Source of the DNA: Patescibacteria group bacterium
GTDB taxonomy: Bacteria; Patescibacteriota; Microgenomatia; JAMCZE01
DNA length: 64,000 bases
Assembly (NCBI GenBank): GCA_023380635.1
Contig: JAMCRP010000001.1
Location: 341,200 to 405,199 of the forward strand
Direction of reading: 5' to 3'
The notes beneath the pieces were generated by a model. The model ran no database searches and had not been told where the DNA came from. It was given only the letters and a program-made list of their open reading frames with translations. Below, in pieces: positions 47,382 through 59,319 of this stretch. Every line of letters starts with the position of its first letter. Position 1 is the stretch's first letter. The position numbers and the translations under genes are program-made.

Positions 47382-49493
47382 TTAACTCTGTCTCACAGTT
47401 CCTGATTTTGAAACCAGCTGTTCCTGGATGTTTCGCGGGACTTCTTCGTAGTGGGAAGCTTCCATGTAATAGGAAGCCCGGCCCTGGGTGATCGAGCGCA
47501 GTTTGGTCGCGTAGCCGGAAAGTTCGGCCAGCGGGACCATAGCCAAAATGATCGTGGCGTTACCCCGTTTAGAAGTGCCAAGTATCTGGGACCTTTTAGC
47601 GGATAAATCGCCGATAACATCACCCATGAATTCGTCGGGGGTGGTCACTTCGACCTTCATTATTGGTTCCAGAAGAACCATATCCGCCTTTTTACAAGCG
47701 TCCTGAAGAGCCATAGAACCCGCTATTTGAAATGCGACATCGGAGGAATCAACATCATGATAGGACCCGTCGTACAAAGTAACTTTAATATCGGTCATCG
47801 GATAGCCGGCCAAAATGCCGTTATCAGCGCATTCTTTCGAACCTTTTTCAACCGGCGGAATGAATTCAGCCGGGATGGCACCACCCTTGATGGCGTTCAC
47901 AAATTCCCAGCCTTCGCCGCGCGGTTTCGGTTCTACTTTCAGAAGAGCATGGCCATATTGCCCGCGGCCACCGGTCTGGCGGATATATTTCCCTTCGCCA
48001 TTGGCATCATGCTTAATAGTTTCTTTATAAGCGACTTGCGGTGCCCCAACATTAGTGTCGACACCCATTTCGTCTTTCATTCTTCTGACCCAAACTTCCA
48101 GTTGTAACTCTCCGACTCCGGCAATAATCGTCTGGCCGGTTTCTTTATCGCTTCTGACATGAACCGTCGGGTCTTCTTCCATAACCCGCTGTAGGGCATA
48201 GCCCATTTTCTCCTGATCGGATTTAGTCTTGGGTTCAATAGCCAAAGAAATAACCGGCTCGGGGAAAGTAATTCCTTCCAGAACAATCGGATGTTGCGGG
48301 TCAGAAAGAGTGTCGCCGGTGCGGGTATCTTTGAGACCAACTACCGCCACAATTTCTCCGGCGTAAGCTTCCTCGATATCTTCCCGGTTATTGGCGTGCA
48401 TCAACAACAGGCGGCCAATTCTTTCCTGCTGACCTTTAGTCGCGTTATAAACATAAGAGCCGGATTTGATAACTCCCGAATAGACCCGGACATAATAAAG
48501 TTTTCCCACATGCGGATCGAGTTGGGCCTTAAAGGCCAGACCGGTAAACGGCGCGTCGATTTTCTGTTCCCGAGTTTCTTCCTGACCGGTTTTCGGATTG
48601 GTCCCGGTAATGGCCGGTCTTTCCAACGGCGAGGGCAGATAGTCAACAATGGCGTCCAAAAGCGGCTGGACTCCCTTATTGCGAAGAGATGTTCCGGTGT
48701 ACATCGGCACCAGTTGGTAGGAAATAACCGCTTTGCGCAGTCCCGCTTTTAATTCTTCCAGACTTAATGTTTCGCCGTTGAGATATTTTTCCAGAAGAAC
48801 CTCATCGCTTTCGGCAATCTGTTCGACCAGTTGATGGCGATATTTATCGACTTCGGCTTTGTCCAATCCTTCCGGTATCTCTTTTTTGACCTCAAATTTG
48901 GCCCCAAGTTCGTCGCCGCCCCAAACATAGGCTTCTTCGGCCAATAAATCGTAAACACCCTTGAAGGTGTTCTCTACCCCGATTGGGAGTACCATTACCG
49001 CCGGTTTAACGCCTAATCTTTGTTTTACCGCCTCGACGGTTTTAAAGAAATTAGCCCCCAGTTTGTCGATCTTATTCACAAAAATAATCCGCGGGACTTT
49101 ATATTTATCCGCCTGCCGCCAGACAGTTTCCGTTTGTGATTGCACGGTCTCCTCAGCATCAAGAATCGTGACCGCCCCGTCAAGAACCCGCAAGGACCGT
49201 TCCACTTCCGCCGTGAAGTCTACATGACCCGGAGTATCAATAATGTTAATGCGGTAGTCACGCCAGAAAGTGGTCGTGGCGGCAGAGACAATGGTAATTC
49301 CCCGTTCCCGTTCCTGAGTCATCCAGTCCATCTGGGTCGAGCCTTCATCAATGTCTCCGATTTTGTAAGTTTTGCCGGTGTAATACAAAATCCGCTCGGT
49401 CGTGGTGGTTTTGCCCGCGTCAATATGAGCAATGATCCCGATGTTACGGACCTTGTCTAAAGAAACATTGCGATTTTTGGTGGTGTCAGCCAT
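47382..49493 (-). CDS. fusA: Elongation factor G
   Basis: [37 protein letters not shown]; start moved to ATG 49493. Confidence 0.99.
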   Translation of the reverse strand: MADTTKNRNVSLDKVRNIGIIAHIDAGKTTTTERILYYTGKTYKIGDIDEGSTQMDWMTQERERGITIVSAATTTFWRDYRINIIDTPGHVDFTAEVERSLRVLDGAVTILDAEETVQSQTETVWRQADKYKVPRIIFVNKIDKLGANFFKTVEAVKQRLGVKPAVMVLPIGVENTFKGVYDLLAEEAYVWGGDELGAKFEVKKEIPEGLDKAEVDKYRHQLVEQIAESDEVLLEKYLNGETLSLEELKAGLRKAVISYQLVPMYTGTSLRNKGVQPLLDAIVDYLPSPLERPAITGTNPKTGQEETREQKIDAPFTGLAFKAQLDPHVGKLYYVRVYSGVIKSGSYVYNATKGQQERIGRLLLMHANNREDIEEAYAGEIVAVVGLKDTRTGDTLSDPQHPIVLEGITFPEPVISLAIEPKTKSDQEKMGYALQRVMEEDPTVHVRSDKETGQTIIAGVGELQLEVWVRRMKDEMGVDTNVGAPQVAYKETIKHDANGEGKYIRQTGGRGQYGHALLKVEPKPRGEGWEFVNAIKGGAIPAEFIPPVEKGSKECADNGILAGYPMTDIKVTLYDGSYHDVDSSDVAFQIAGSMALQDACKKADMVLLEPIMKVEVTTPDEFMGDVIGDLSAKRSQILGTSKRGNATIILAMVPLAELSGYATKLRSITQGRASYYMEASHYEEVPRNIQEQLVSKSGTVRQS

Positions 49494-49499
49494 TTTTAC

Positions 49500-49538
49500 A
49501 AAAAATTCGTGCCGAACTTCCGGCACGAGATAATTATA
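49500..49538 (-). promoter_or_regulatory. -10 box and hairpin/U-tract immediately upstream of fusA
   Basis: TATAAT (49538-49533) then TCGTGCCG-GAAGTT-CGGCACGA-ATTTTTT. Confidence 0.7.
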
Positions 49539-49563
49539 CAAAATTAACTTCGCCTAATCCAAG

Positions 49564-49740
49564 TTAATCCGAATAAACATTCGTAGAAAGTCTGGCAGCT
49601 CTTCTTCTTTTTAATCTTCGTCTGCTCTTCTCGACAAGGTTACTCGGGGTAGGTATTTCCACAACCTGCAACTGTCTTTCTATGCCATCTTTATCAGTAA
49701 AAACAATTTTCTTAATGGTCGATTCGTTAGCTTCTGTCAT
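49564..49740 (-). CDS. Small Arg-rich ORF (58 aa) between rpsG and fusA
   Basis: ATG 4 nt after rpsG stop; MTEANESTIKKIVFTDKDGIERQLQVVEIPTPSNLVEKSRRRLKRRRAARLSTNVYSD. Confidence 0.6.
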   Translation of the reverse strand: MTEANESTIKKIVFTDKDGIERQLQVVEIPTPSNLVEKSRRRLKRRRAARLSTNVYSD

Positions 49741-49744
49741 ATTT

Positions 49745-50209
49745 TTACCACCTCAGGTGGGCAAAGACTTTGTTGGCTTCAGCCATTTTTTGAACCTGGT
49801 CACGCTTTTTTAAGGCGTTGCCGGTTCCGGCCAAAACATCATTCATTTCTGCCGACAGTTTTTCTGCGAAAGTATGGTATTCCTTATTTGAGCGGCTTCG
49901 GGCAGCCTCCAATAACCATTTGATGGCCAGATGGATTTTGCGGTCGCCTTTCACCTCTGTCGGAACTTGATACGAGGCACCTCCCACCCGGCGAGGCCGG
50001 ACTTCCATCTTCGGAGCAATGGTATTAATAACCGTTTCCAGGGTTTTTGCCGGCTCTTCAAACTTTTTAAAAGCTTCGTAGATTTGGGCGGCAGCCACAC
50101 TCTTTTTCCCGTTAAACATCGACTTGTTGATGAGTTTGGTCATCAATTTGCTGTTATAAACGGGATCCGGTGGTGTCTCTCTTTTGGTAATTTTTCTTGA
50201 TCTTGGCAT
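49745..50209 (-). CDS. rpsG: 30S ribosomal protein S7
   Basis: PDPVYNS, GKKSVA, RRVGGASYQVP, MAEANKVFAHLRW. Confidence 0.99.
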   Translation of the reverse strand: MPRSRKITKRETPPDPVYNSKLMTKLINKSMFNGKKSVAAAQIYEAFKKFEEPAKTLETVINTIAPKMEVRPRRVGGASYQVPTEVKGDRKIHLAIKWLLEAARSRSNKEYHTFAEKLSAEMNDVLAGTGNALKKRDQVQKMAEANKVFAHLRW

Positions 50210-50215
50210 AAATTT

Positions 50216-50653
50216 TTAGGCAGCGGCTGCCGATTTGGGTCCGGTTTCGCCGGCCTTGGCACCATATTTACTGCGCGATTGTTTTCTTCCCACTACTCCG
50301 CCGGTATCAAACTTCCCGCGGACAATGTGGTATTTCACACCAGGCAAATCTTTTACCCGGCCGCCACGGACTAAAACTATCGAATGTTCCGCAAGAGTGT
50401 GGCCGACACCCTGGATGTAAGCCGTTACTTCCTGCTTATTGGATAAGCGGACCCGGGCGACTTTTCGCAAAGCCGAGTTTGGTTTTTTCGGCGTCATCGT
50501 TTTGACCACAGTACAGACTCCCCGCTTAAAGGGAGATTCAATATTTTCCATCTGCCGGTCCTTGGCGTTAAAAAATTTCCGCAGGGCTGTCGCCCGGACT
50601 TTTTTAGCCTTGGATTTACGGCCCTTTTTGATAAGCTGATTAATAGTTGGCAT
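50216..50653 (-). CDS. rpsL: 30S ribosomal protein S12
   Basis: [27 protein letters not shown]. Confidence 0.99.
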   Translation of the reverse strand: MPTINQLIKKGRKSKAKKVRATALRKFFNAKDRQMENIESPFKRGVCTVVKTMTPKKPNSALRKVARVRLSNKQEVTAYIQGVGHTLAEHSIVLVRGGRVKDLPGVKYHIVRGKFDTGGVVGRKQSRSKYGAKAGETGPKSAAAA

Positions 50654-50657
50654 GGAA

Positions 50658-53600
50658 TTATTGCTCCAATCGGGCTCTTTCCGCGCTCGTCGGAATTAAG
50701 CGTCCAATTATAACATTCTCTTTCAGACCTGTCAGACTGTCATCGGCGCCGTGCAAAGCCGAATCGGACAAAACTTCGGTCGTGCGTTCAAAAGACGCGG
50801 CCGACAGCCAGGAGCTGGTATATAGTGCTGCCCGCGAAACCCCCAGCATGGTTACCTGAGCGGTCGCCGGTTCTCCTCCGGCAGCAATAACCCGGGCGTT
50901 TTCATCTTCAAAACGCACTTTTTCGGCAAATTCACCCGGCAGAAAAACGGTATCACCCGAAGTTTCGAGCCGGACCTTGTCCGACATCTTCCGGACAATA
51001 ACCTCAAAATGCTTGTCATTAATGGGAATCCCCTGGGATTCGTAAACCGCCTGCAACTCTTCGATTAAGTATTTCTGAGCACCAAACAATCCCCGGGCGG
51101 CCAGGACATCTTTAATATCCAGATAGCCGGAAGCCAGTTGTGTTCCGGCCGAAACCAAGTCGCCGTCACTGACTTTAAGCTGAGAAGTTAAAGGAATAAT
51201 GTATTCCCGTTCCTCAACCGGTTTGACACCATGGCTGCGAACCCGAACTTTGTAGCCGTCGGGCGTTTCGGTAACTTCAACTTTCCCGGCAATTTCGGCA
51301 ATCGGCGACAAAACCTTGGGCGAGCGGGTTTCAAAGAGCTCTTCTACCCGCGGCAAACCCTGAGTCACATCCGCCGCGACAGTACCTCCGGTATGCTTGG
51401 ATTTTAGCGTCAGCTGGGTTCCCGGTTCACCAATGGACTGAGCAGCCACAATCCCGACCGGCACGCCAATTTCCACCAGTTGGCGGCTGCTAAAGTCCCG
51501 GCCGTAACACTTCTGGCACAAACCGTACTTGGCTTTACATTTCAAGGGCGAACGGACCAAAACGGACTCAATCTTTTCTTTTTCAATTTCGGCGACGGCC
51601 GCTTCGTCAATTTCCGCGCCTGCGGCCACAATGGCTTTTTTGCCACTCTTGATATCAACGGCGGCTACCCGGCCCAAAATCCGGGAAGCAAACGAGGCAG
51701 GTCGGTTATCACTGCGGAAAATCTCAATACCATCGTCCGTTCGGCAATCCTCGAGCCGGATAATCATATCATGCGAGACATCCACCAGCCGGCGGGTCAA
51801 GTAGCCGGCATCGGCAGTTCTGATGGCAATATCAGCCAAACCTTTGCGGGAACCCCGGGTTCCGGTGACATATTCAAAAACAGATAAGCCTTCGCGGAAG
51901 TTTGTCTTGGTCGGAAGAGAAACAATTTTTCCGGTCGGATCTACCATCAGTCCCCGCATACCGGAAACCTGCTTAACATTATCCCGGCTGGATTTACCAG
52001 CACCGGATTCCAGAATCGTTTTAACCGGATTATCTTTGCCGTAAGCTTCCCAAGTTAGATCTGTCACTCTATCCGTTACCCGAATCCAAATATCAATCTG
52101 CAGCCGGCGCATTTCTTCAGCGGTAATTAAACCGGCTTTGTAATTTTCTTCCACTTCGGCTGCTTCCCGATCCCCTTCGGCAATAATTTCCTCTTTATTG
52201 GGAATCATGATCATGTCAAAGATTCCGACGGAAATACCGGAAGCCATTGAGCCGGAGAAACCAAGGTTTTTCAGGTTATCTAAAAGTTTAACCAGTTCAC
52301 TCTTTTCGACCAGATCCATCGCTTTGTTAAGGATAGACTTTAGTTTGCCGATGGTAATGGTTTCATTAATGTAACCAAGCTCTTTCGGAACAAATTCGTT
52401 AAGCATGATCCGACCCGCAGTGATTTCCATAGTCTGGTTTTCCTGGCGGACTTTAATTTTCTGGCGTAACTCAATCTTATGCTGTTGGTATGCAGTGATT
52501 ACCTCTGCAAAATCGGCAAAAATTGTCTCGCTGACGGGCAGTTTCTCGTCAATCGAAGTAAAGTAATAAATTCCCAGAATCATTTCTTTGTTGGGGAACG
52601 CCACCGGCATGCCGTCAGCCGGTTTAAGAAGATTATGCTCAGCCATCATCAGATTGACCGCTTCGCTCTTGGCGGCACTTGACAAGGGCACATGAACCGC
52701 CATTTGGTCACCGTCAAAGTCCGCGTTATAACCCGTACAAACCAGCGGGTGAACCTGAATAGCCGAGCCCTCAATCAGAACCGGATAAAAAGCCTGAATT
52801 CCCAGTTTATGCAGGGTCGGCGCCCGGTTTAAGAGAACCGGATGATTCTTGGTAATTTCTTCCAGAATGTCAAAAACTTCCGGAGTCCGTTTCTCCAAAA
52901 CATACTTGGCCGAGCGAACATTCGGGGAAGTTCCGCGCATAATAAGTTCCCGCAAAACGAACGGCTTAAACATTTCCAGCGCCATTTCCTTGGGCAATCC
53001 GCATTCAGACAAAGCCAGTTTCGGCCCGACGACAATGACCGACCGGCCGGAGTAATCGACCCGTTTTCCCAAAAGGTTCTGACGGAATCGCCCCTGTTTG
53101 CCCCGAAGCATGTCAGACAGACTTTTTAGCTCGTTTGTATTTGCCCGGGTACTGCTTCGCTGTGAAGCGTCAATTAACGCATCCACGGCTTCCTGAAGCA
53201 TCCGTTTTTCGTTACGAAGAATTATGTTCGGCGCACCCAAATCGATCAGGTGCTTGAGACGGTTATTGCGGTTAATAACCCGGCGGTATAAATCATTCAG
53301 GTCTGAAGTGGCGAACCGGCCGCCAGTTAACTGGACCATCGGCCGCAAATCCGGCGGGATTACCGGGAGCACCGACATAACCGTCCATTCCGGACGGATG
53401 GCGTTTCGGCGCATTCCGTCAATCACTCGTAGCCGCTTTGTGGCTTTAACTTTTTTCTGGCCGGTAGCTTCAACCAGTTCTTCCCGAAGGCTAGCCGCGA
53501 TTTTTTCCAGGTCCAGCTCTTTCAAAACTTTTTCGATGGCTTCGGCTCCCATTCCGACCTCAATAAAGTCGGCTGCGCCGTATTGGTCAAGCTTGAGATA

Positions 53601-54380
53601 TTCGTCTTCAGTCAGTTCCGAAATCTTTTTGACGCTTTTAACTAGATCTAAAAGAGTCCGGTAAATCTCGCCCAGGCGCTGTTTTTCCAGAGCGTTTTCG
53701 CTCTCCAGTTTGGCGATTTTTTGTTTGCTGGACAGTTCGATTTCCGAGATTGTCAGCCCCAACTGGTCTTTATCTTTAATCTTGGCTCTTTGCTCTTTGA
53801 TTTTCTCGTCACGCTCTTTTTCTTCTTCCTTCACCTGGCGATCAAAAGTCGTCGCCAACTCTTTTTGGCGCTCTTCCATGGTCTCTTTCAAAGTGGAAAT
53901 CGCTTCATCACGCTTGCTTTCATCCACACTCAAGACAAGGTAGGAAGCAAAGTAAACGACGTTTTCCAGTGCCTTTGGTGAAAGGTCCAGTATCAATGAC
54001 AACTTTGAAGGAGCTCCCTTAAAGTACCACACATGAACCACGGGAACCGCCAGGGAAATATGACCCATCCGTTCCCGGCGGACCTTTGACTGGGTTACTT
54101 CCACCCCGCACTTATCGCAGATAATTCCACGGTAGCGGATCCTCTTATATTTACCACAGTAACATTCCCAGTCCTTGGTTGGTCCGAAAATATTCTCACT
54201 GAACAGTCCGTCTTTCTCCGGCTTCAAGGTCCGGTAATTAATGGTTTCCGGTTTGGTTACTTCACCGTGCGACCACGCCAGAATCTGGGCCGGTGAAGCC
54301 AAAGTAATCTTCAAGCCCTTAAAGTCGACGATATTTGCCAGATTATCCTGCTGTGGTTTAGGATTGGTTAAATTATTCAT
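50658..54380 (-). CDS. rpoC: RNA polymerase beta' subunit
   Basis: KPETINYRT, Zn-finger CYCGKYK..CDKC, catalytic [23 protein letters not shown]. Confidence 0.99.
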   Translation of the reverse strand: MNNLTNPKPQQDNLANIVDFKGLKITLASPAQILAWSHGEVTKPETINYRTLKPEKDGLFSENIFGPTKDWECYCGKYKRIRYRGIICDKCGVEVTQSKVRRERMGHISLAVPVVHVWYFKGAPSKLSLILDLSPKALENVVYFASYLVLSVDESKRDEAISTLKETMEERQKELATTFDRQVKEEEKERDEKIKEQRAKIKDKDQLGLTISEIELSSKQKIAKLESENALEKQRLGEIYRTLLDLVKSVKKISELTEDEYLKLDQYGAADFIEVGMGAEAIEKVLKELDLEKIAASLREELVEATGQKKVKATKRLRVIDGMRRNAIRPEWTVMSVLPVIPPDLRPMVQLTGGRFATSDLNDLYRRVINRNNRLKHLIDLGAPNIILRNEKRMLQEAVDALIDASQRSSTRANTNELKSLSDMLRGKQGRFRQNLLGKRVDYSGRSVIVVGPKLALSECGLPKEMALEMFKPFVLRELIMRGTSPNVRSAKYVLEKRTPEVFDILEEITKNHPVLLNRAPTLHKLGIQAFYPVLIEGSAIQVHPLVCTGYNADFDGDQMAVHVPLSSAAKSEAVNLMMAEHNLLKPADGMPVAFPNKEMILGIYYFTSIDEKLPVSETIFADFAEVITAYQQHKIELRQKIKVRQENQTMEITAGRIMLNEFVPKELGYINETITIGKLKSILNKAMDLVEKSELVKLLDNLKNLGFSGSMASGISVGIFDMIMIPNKEEIIAEGDREAAEVEENYKAGLITAEEMRRLQIDIWIRVTDRVTDLTWEAYGKDNPVKTILESGAGKSSRDNVKQVSGMRGLMVDPTGKIVSLPTKTNFREGLSVFEYVTGTRGSRKGLADIAIRTADAGYLTRRLVDVSHDMIIRLEDCRTDDGIEIFRSDNRPASFASRILGRVAAVDIKSGKKAIVAAGAEIDEAAVAEIEKEKIESVLVRSPLKCKAKYGLCQKCYGRDFSSRQLVEIGVPVGIVAAQSIGEPGTQLTLKSKHTGGTVAADVTQGLPRVEELFETRSPKVLSPIAEIAGKVEVTETPDGYKVRVRSHGVKPVEEREYIIPLTSQLKVSDGDLVSAGTQLASGYLDIKDVLAARGLFGAQKYLIEELQAVYESQGIPINDKHFEVIVRKMSDKVRLETSGDTVFLPGEFAEKVRFEDENARVIAAGGEPATAQVTMLGVSRAALYTSSWLSAASFERTTEVLSDSALHGADDSLTGLKENVIIGRLIPTSAERARLEQ
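50707..50735 (-). promoter_or_regulatory. Putative str-operon promoter inside the rpoC 3' end
   Basis: CTGACA, 17 nt, TG-T-TATAAT overlapping the GLKENVII codons; rpoC-rpsL gap is only 4 nt. Confidence 0.55.
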
Positions 54381-57300
54381 GGGTTTCCTCCTTTATCTCT
54401 TCTTCACTTTTTTCTTCTTCAAGATTTTCGCCTTTTTCATGCGCTTCATGGGCTGAAGTTTCGGCAACATCGGTTTTGGCCTCCAGAACTTCTTCCATTT
54501 CCTTTACTTCTTTATCAGTTTTTTCTTTCGTTGGCAATGGGGTAGTCGTGGTTTGGGTTGTAGTCACAACCCCGGTCGGATTTATAGCCAAGCCCAAACT
54601 TTGCAGTTCTTTCACCAGAACTTTGAATGATTCCGGTATGGAAGACTGCGGAATATCCGTTCCTTTAACGATAGCTTCAAATGCTTTGGCCCGTCCGACG
54701 ACATCATCGGATTTAATCGTCAGCATTTCCTGCAGAGTGTAAGCAGCCCGGTGCGCTTCCAGAGCCCAAACTTCCATTTCTCCCAACCGCTGACCACCCA
54801 TTTGAGCTTTACCGCCGAGAGGCTGTTGGGTTACCAGTGAGTACGGTCCGGTCGAGCGGGCGTGCGTCTTGTCCTCGACCATGTGAATGAGTTTGAGGAA
54901 ATAGCCCGTCCCCACAACTACCTTTTGAGCATAAGGATCACCGGTCCGTCCGTCATAGACAGTCACTTTGCCGTCGACCGGCAGCTTTGCTTCTTCTAAA
55001 GCTTTGACAATCCAGTCTTCAGCAATCTTTTCGAATACCGGCACGGCCACTCTTTTACCCGCTCCACTCATGGCCCAACCCAAGTGGGTTTCCAGAAGCT
55101 GACCCAAATTCATCCGGCCTAAAACCGACAACGGCGAAATAATAACGTCCACCGGAGTACCATCCGCCAGATGGGGCATATCCGCAATCGGCACAATCCG
55201 GCTGATAACCCCTTTGTTTCCGTGGCGCCCGGCAACTTTATCGCCGATCGAAATCTTTCTGAATTGGGCAACTTTTACTTTAATGAGTTTATTAGTTCCC
55301 GGCGGCAGCTCGTCTCCGACGCTTTTGTCCAGAATATTAATGCCGATGACTGTACCGCGTTCGCCGTGCGGCATGCGAAGCGAAGTGTCGCGTACTTCCC
55401 GGGCTTTTTCGCCAAAAATAGCGCGCAGAAGTCTTTCTTCCGCTGATAATTCTGTCTCGCCTTTCGGGGCAATTTTTCCAACCAGAATGTCCCCCGGCCC
55501 GACTTCCGCGCCAATGACCACAATTCCGGTTTCGTCCAGATTGGCCAGATCAGATTCGCCGACATTGGGAATGTCCCGGGTAATTTCTTCCGGTCCCAGT
55601 TTGGTATCCACCAGTTCGCACTCGTGTTCCTCAATGTGGATACTGGACAAAACATCATCGCGTACCAGTCTTTCGGAAATAATAACCGCATCTTCATAGC
55701 CATAGCCGTCAAAGTGCATGTAAGCAATCCGCAGATTAGCCCCCAGGGCCAGCTCGCCATGGTCCGAAGCCGGACCGTCAATAATAACCTGACCTGCTTT
55801 AACCTTGTCGCCGACTTTTACCAGAGTTCTTTGGGAATAACAGGCGCCGTTGGGGTTAGTCCGGTAGAATTTCGTCACTTTGTAGGTATCAGCCGTCTTT
55901 TCGCCAGTTTTAATCACGACTTTATCTCCGTCAGCAAAAGAAACTTCACCACCATGTTCGGCTTTAACCACCCAGCCCATGGCCCCCGCAACAGCATCTT
56001 CTACCCCGGTTCCGACAACCGGAGCCTGAGGACGCACCAAGGGCACGGCCTGAGCCTGCATATTTGAACCCATCAAAGCCCGGACACCATCATCATGCTG
56101 CAGGAACGGAATCAAAGAAGCCGCCGCCCCCACTACCTGTCGGGGAACTACATCGATTAAATCAGCTTCGTCAGTGTTTACTTCAATGAATTCACCTTTG
56201 TAGCGGACCGGCACCCGGCTGTCAGTAATGACTCCGTGACTGTCGATACCTACTCCGGCATGCGTAATTTTGGATTCGCGTTCGTCATCAGCGGCCAGAT
56301 AAACAATTTCGTCAGTTAAAGCTACTTTATTGCCGGTCTTTTTCAGTTTCCGGTACGGCGCCAGTAAAAATCCATACTCGTCAACCCGGGCGTAAAGGCT
56401 CATGTAAGTAACCAGGCCAATGTTTGGTCCTTCAGGAGAACGAACCGGACAAATCCGGCTGTACTGGGAAGAATTAATATCCCGAATTGAAAAAGAGGCC
56501 CGGTCCCGGGAAATTCCGCCGACACCCATGACAGTTAACCGACGCAGACTGTCGACTTCCGACAGCGGATTGGTCTGATCCAAAATTGACGAGAGCTGCG
56601 AAGTCCGGAAAAATTCGTTCACGGCCGAAATAATCGGCCGGGCGTTAACCACCTGGTTGGGCATCACCTTGGTTTTCGGATCCAGAAGGCTCATCCGCTC
56701 TTTAACCGCCCGTTCCAATCTCAAAAGCCCGTCACGGAAAGCGACATTGCCCACCAGTTCCCCAACCCGGCGCAGCCGCCGGTTACCCAGATTATCAATA
56801 TCGTCAGTGTAAGTGTCGGGATCGTTTTTTTGCAGGCGAATGAGGTATTTGATCGTCGCCACAATATCTTGCCGAGTAATAATCTGATTTTCCGGAATAT
56901 TGGGAACATTTAATCCCAGGCGTTTATTAATCTTATAGCGGCCGACTTTGCCTAAATTGTAGCGGCGCGGCTGGAAAAATAGCGAGGCAATATAGTCCAT
57001 GGCAGTTTCGGCCACCACCGGTTCGCCCGGGCGCATCTTTTTATAAATTTCCATGGCGCCTTCGGCGCTGCCGTGAGTCACATCTTTTTTAAGGGTAGCT
57101 TCAACCAGTTCGTCATCACCCAGAGCTCTTTTAATTTCTTCGTCAGAGCCAATGCCGATGGCCCGCAGGAAGGTAGTGACCGGGAATTTGCGCCGGCGGT
57201 CAATCCGGACAGAAATCACATTATTGCGGCTGATGTTAAATTCCAGCCAGCTTCCTCTCAGGGGCCGGACCTCCGAAAAATAAAGCATTCTGCCGGTGAC

Positions 57301-57777
57301 GGGATCAATGTCGCCCAGGAAATAGACACCCGCAGAACGAACGAGCTGGTGAATAACCGCCCGCTCAATGCCATTAATAATGAAGGTGCCCGAGGGAGTC
57401 ATTACCGGCACCTCGCCAAGGAATACTTCCTGAGAAGTGGTTTCGCCGGTTCGCTTATTGAGAAGGGTAGCTTGGACCCGGATCGGCATGTCAAAGGTAA
57501 CACCTTTCAGGGCTGCGGAGACCGCCGTGTATTTCGGCTCGCCGAAAGTGTATTTACCTAAGGATAATTCCCAGTTCTTGCCGGTGAAATCAGAAATGGG
57601 CGAAACTTCGGCTAAAAGTTCGCCGATACCCTCATCGAGAAATTGCTGATAAGATTCGCGGTGGATAGAAACGAAGTCTAACTGCGGTAAAGAAGGATAG
57701 GATTTACCCCAATAAAGCCGTTCTACGGGCTTGGAGTCGGAAATTTTCGCAGCCGGTTTTTGGTTTTTCTTGGCCAT
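54373..57777 (-). CDS. rpoB: RNA polymerase beta subunit
   Basis: [50 protein letters not shown]; start at ATG 57777. Confidence 0.99.
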   Translation of the reverse strand: MAKKNQKPAAKISDSKPVERLYWGKSYPSLPQLDFVSIHRESYQQFLDEGIGELLAEVSPISDFTGKNWELSLGKYTFGEPKYTAVSAALKGVTFDMPIRVQATLLNKRTGETTSQEVFLGEVPVMTPSGTFIINGIERAVIHQLVRSAGVYFLGDIDPVTGRMLYFSEVRPLRGSWLEFNISRNNVISVRIDRRRKFPVTTFLRAIGIGSDEEIKRALGDDELVEATLKKDVTHGSAEGAMEIYKKMRPGEPVVAETAMDYIASLFFQPRRYNLGKVGRYKINKRLGLNVPNIPENQIITRQDIVATIKYLIRLQKNDPDTYTDDIDNLGNRRLRRVGELVGNVAFRDGLLRLERAVKERMSLLDPKTKVMPNQVVNARPIISAVNEFFRTSQLSSILDQTNPLSEVDSLRRLTVMGVGGISRDRASFSIRDINSSQYSRICPVRSPEGPNIGLVTYMSLYARVDEYGFLLAPYRKLKKTGNKVALTDEIVYLAADDERESKITHAGVGIDSHGVITDSRVPVRYKGEFIEVNTDEADLIDVVPRQVVGAAASLIPFLQHDDGVRALMGSNMQAQAVPLVRPQAPVVGTGVEDAVAGAMGWVVKAEHGGEVSFADGDKVVIKTGEKTADTYKVTKFYRTNPNGACYSQRTLVKVGDKVKAGQVIIDGPASDHGELALGANLRIAYMHFDGYGYEDAVIISERLVRDDVLSSIHIEEHECELVDTKLGPEEITRDIPNVGESDLANLDETGIVVIGAEVGPGDILVGKIAPKGETELSAEERLLRAIFGEKAREVRDTSLRMPHGERGTVIGINILDKSVGDELPPGTNKLIKVKVAQFRKISIGDKVAGRHGNKGVISRIVPIADMPHLADGTPVDVIISPLSVLGRMNLGQLLETHLGWAMSGAGKRVAVPVFEKIAEDWIVKALEEAKLPVDGKVTVYDGRTGDPYAQKVVVGTGYFLKLIHMVEDKTHARSTGPYSLVTQQPLGGKAQMGGQRLGEMEVWALEAHRAAYTLQEMLTIKSDDVVGRAKAFEAIVKGTDIPQSSIPESFKVLVKELQSLGLAINPTGVVTTTQTTTTPLPTKEKTDKEVKEMEEVLEAKTDVAETSAHEAHEKGENLEEEKSEEEIKEETHE

Positions 57778-57781
57778 CAAC

Positions 57782-57886
57782 AAAAAGTGTCCCGAAGGAC
57801 TACAAAAACTAGCGAACCTACAATATGTTCGCCTAAAGACTTCTATTCAACTGAAGCTATTTTAGCAGAAAATCAGGTTTCGTCAA
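57782..57886 (-). promoter_or_regulatory. rpoBC promoter and structured leader
   Basis: TTGACG (57886-57881), 16 nt, TG-C-TAAAAT (57864-57859); hairpins GCGAAC/GTTCGC and GTCC-TTCG-GGAC, each followed by a T-run. Confidence 0.7.
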
Positions 57887-57894
57887 GAGGGAAA

Positions 57895-58794
57895 CTACTG
57901 GACATAATTAGCCACATTGGCGTTGTGTTCCTGGAGGGTTTTGGCAAAATGAGAGACGCCGTTTTTGTCGGCCACATAATATAAATAGTCGGTCTTGGCC
58001 GGATTAATCGCGGCCTGAATAGAAGCCAAGCCTGGATTACTGATTGGCCCTGGCGGCAAACCGGCATTTTGGTAGGTATTGTAAAGTGATTTAATTTTAA
58101 GATCGTCGAGAGTTAAATTCTGTTTCCAGTATCCAAGAGCATATTGGACTGTGGCATCAATATCCAAGGACATCCCTGCTTCCAGGCGGTTGTAAATGAC
58201 ACTGGCAATGAGTGGCCGGTCCTGTGGGTGTTTGGCTTCCCGTTCAACCATCGACGCGACAATTAGTTGTTGCGGGGTAACACTGGCGACTCTTGCGTCA
58301 AAAGTTTGCCGCATCAGTTGACGGACACTATCAATGGTGGCTGTCCGGGGAACCAAGTAAGTTTCAGGGAAATATTTTCCCTCTTCGTTCCAAGTACCAA
58401 CAGGCTCGGAAAGACCTTGTTTTTGCAGGTAACTAATGATTTCTGAACTTCGCCAGCCTTCAGGAATAGTAATTTTCACCTGTTCTTCCATGCCAAAAGT
58501 CAACGCTTTGGCAATTTCGGGAGTACTCATGGCCGGGGTAAGTTCAAAGGTTCCTGCCTGCGGATTTTTTTCCAGCCCCAGCCGGACCAAGAGAAAATAA
58601 ACAATCTGGTTACGAATAAGCCCTTTTTCTTTGAGGTTATTGGAAACTTCCCTGACGGTATCGCCTTTGGCGACCACAAAAGTCAGGTTAGTTTTGTCCG
58701 AAGTATTCACCGGCAGGAGGGAAACTTTCCACCAAAAAGCAGTCCCGATAACCAGAAGCACGAGGAGCCCGCCGGCCAGAATTAGCCTTTTCAT
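57895..58794 (-). CDS. mltG: Endolytic transglycosylase MltG (YceG family)
   Basis: N-terminal TM, TIPEGWR, EGKYFPETY, ASMVERE, NTY..AGLPPGPISNPG; start moved to ATG 58794. Confidence 0.95.
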   Translation of the reverse strand: MKRLILAGGLLVLLVIGTAFWWKVSLLPVNTSDKTNLTFVVAKGDTVREVSNNLKEKGLIRNQIVYFLLVRLGLEKNPQAGTFELTPAMSTPEIAKALTFGMEEQVKITIPEGWRSSEIISYLQKQGLSEPVGTWNEEGKYFPETYLVPRTATIDSVRQLMRQTFDARVASVTPQQLIVASMVEREAKHPQDRPLIASVIYNRLEAGMSLDIDATVQYALGYWKQNLTLDDLKIKSLYNTYQNAGLPPGPISNPGLASIQAAINPAKTDYLYYVADKNGVSHFAKTLQEHNANVANYVQ

Positions 58795-58798
58795 GGTT

Positions 58799-58978
58799 TC
58801 AGACCTCATCCATTTTGGCCCGACGGAATTTTCCACTTTCTTCAACATAAACCCGTTTGCATTTACAAATCACCATTTTCCCGTCTTTTTTACCTTTGGC
58901 CAGCGGCATACCGCAACCAACGCATTTGCCCTGGGAAAGTAACCACGCCTGAACGGGAGAAATTAAATTCTTAAACAT
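58799..58978 (-). CDS. Small putative zinc-ribbon protein (59 aa; not in ORF track)
   Basis: MFKNLISPVQAWLLSQGKCVGCGMPLAKGKKDGKMVICKCKRVYVEESGKFRRAKMDEV; CxxC plus CxC; fills the yqgF-mltG gap with 2 and 4 nt spacing. Confidence 0.8.
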   Translation of the reverse strand: MFKNLISPVQAWLLSQGKCVGCGMPLAKGKKDGKMVICKCKRVYVEESGKFRRAKMDEV

Positions 58979-58980
58979 GT

Positions 58981-59319
58981 TTACATGTTATCTAAGTAAC
59001 GCTGCAAAATCAAGGCCGCAGCCACAGCGTGCTGTTTTTGCTTATCTTTAGTTTTTATTCCGGCCGCTTCCACGCTGGTTAAAGTTTCGTCGACCGTTTC
59101 GATGGGCATTTTTGTCCAGGCCGCCAGCTTGTCGACAAAGACAAGGGTCTTTTTGGCCATGTTTTTCTCCGAAATACCCACCACCACTTTTTCAGGCTTT
59201 AGTCGTTCTACTTCTGCAAAAATATTTTTCGTGGGGACGGTTTTAAGCGGATCGGCCAAACTCCCTTCCGAAGTGGCTATACCGCACCAGCTTTCACCAT
59301 AATCTACTCCTAGAATCAT
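58981..59319 (-). CDS. ruvX: YqgF/RuvX-family nuclease (pre-16S rRNA processing / resolvase-like)
   Basis: ILGVDYG...GIA, VVVG, VDETLTS.EA, AVAAALILQRYLD. Confidence 0.93.
   Translation of the reverse strand: MILGVDYGESWCGIATSEGSLADPLKTVPTKNIFAEVERLKPEKVVVGISEKNMAKKTLVFVDKLAAWTKMPIETVDETLTSVEAAGIKTKDKQKQHAVAAALILQRYLDNM

Noticed and set aside
49494-49541. N-terminal extensions of fusA (and of ftsK, map, rplF, rpsJ, mltG, tlyA) given by the ORF track
   Set aside because: They run through promoter/leader elements or neighbouring genes; downstream ATGs match the conserved protein starts
58880-58895. Programmed frameshift in the A-run of the small Cys-rich ORF
   Set aside because: Recount gives six A's (GGT AAA AAA GAC), so the frame is continuous
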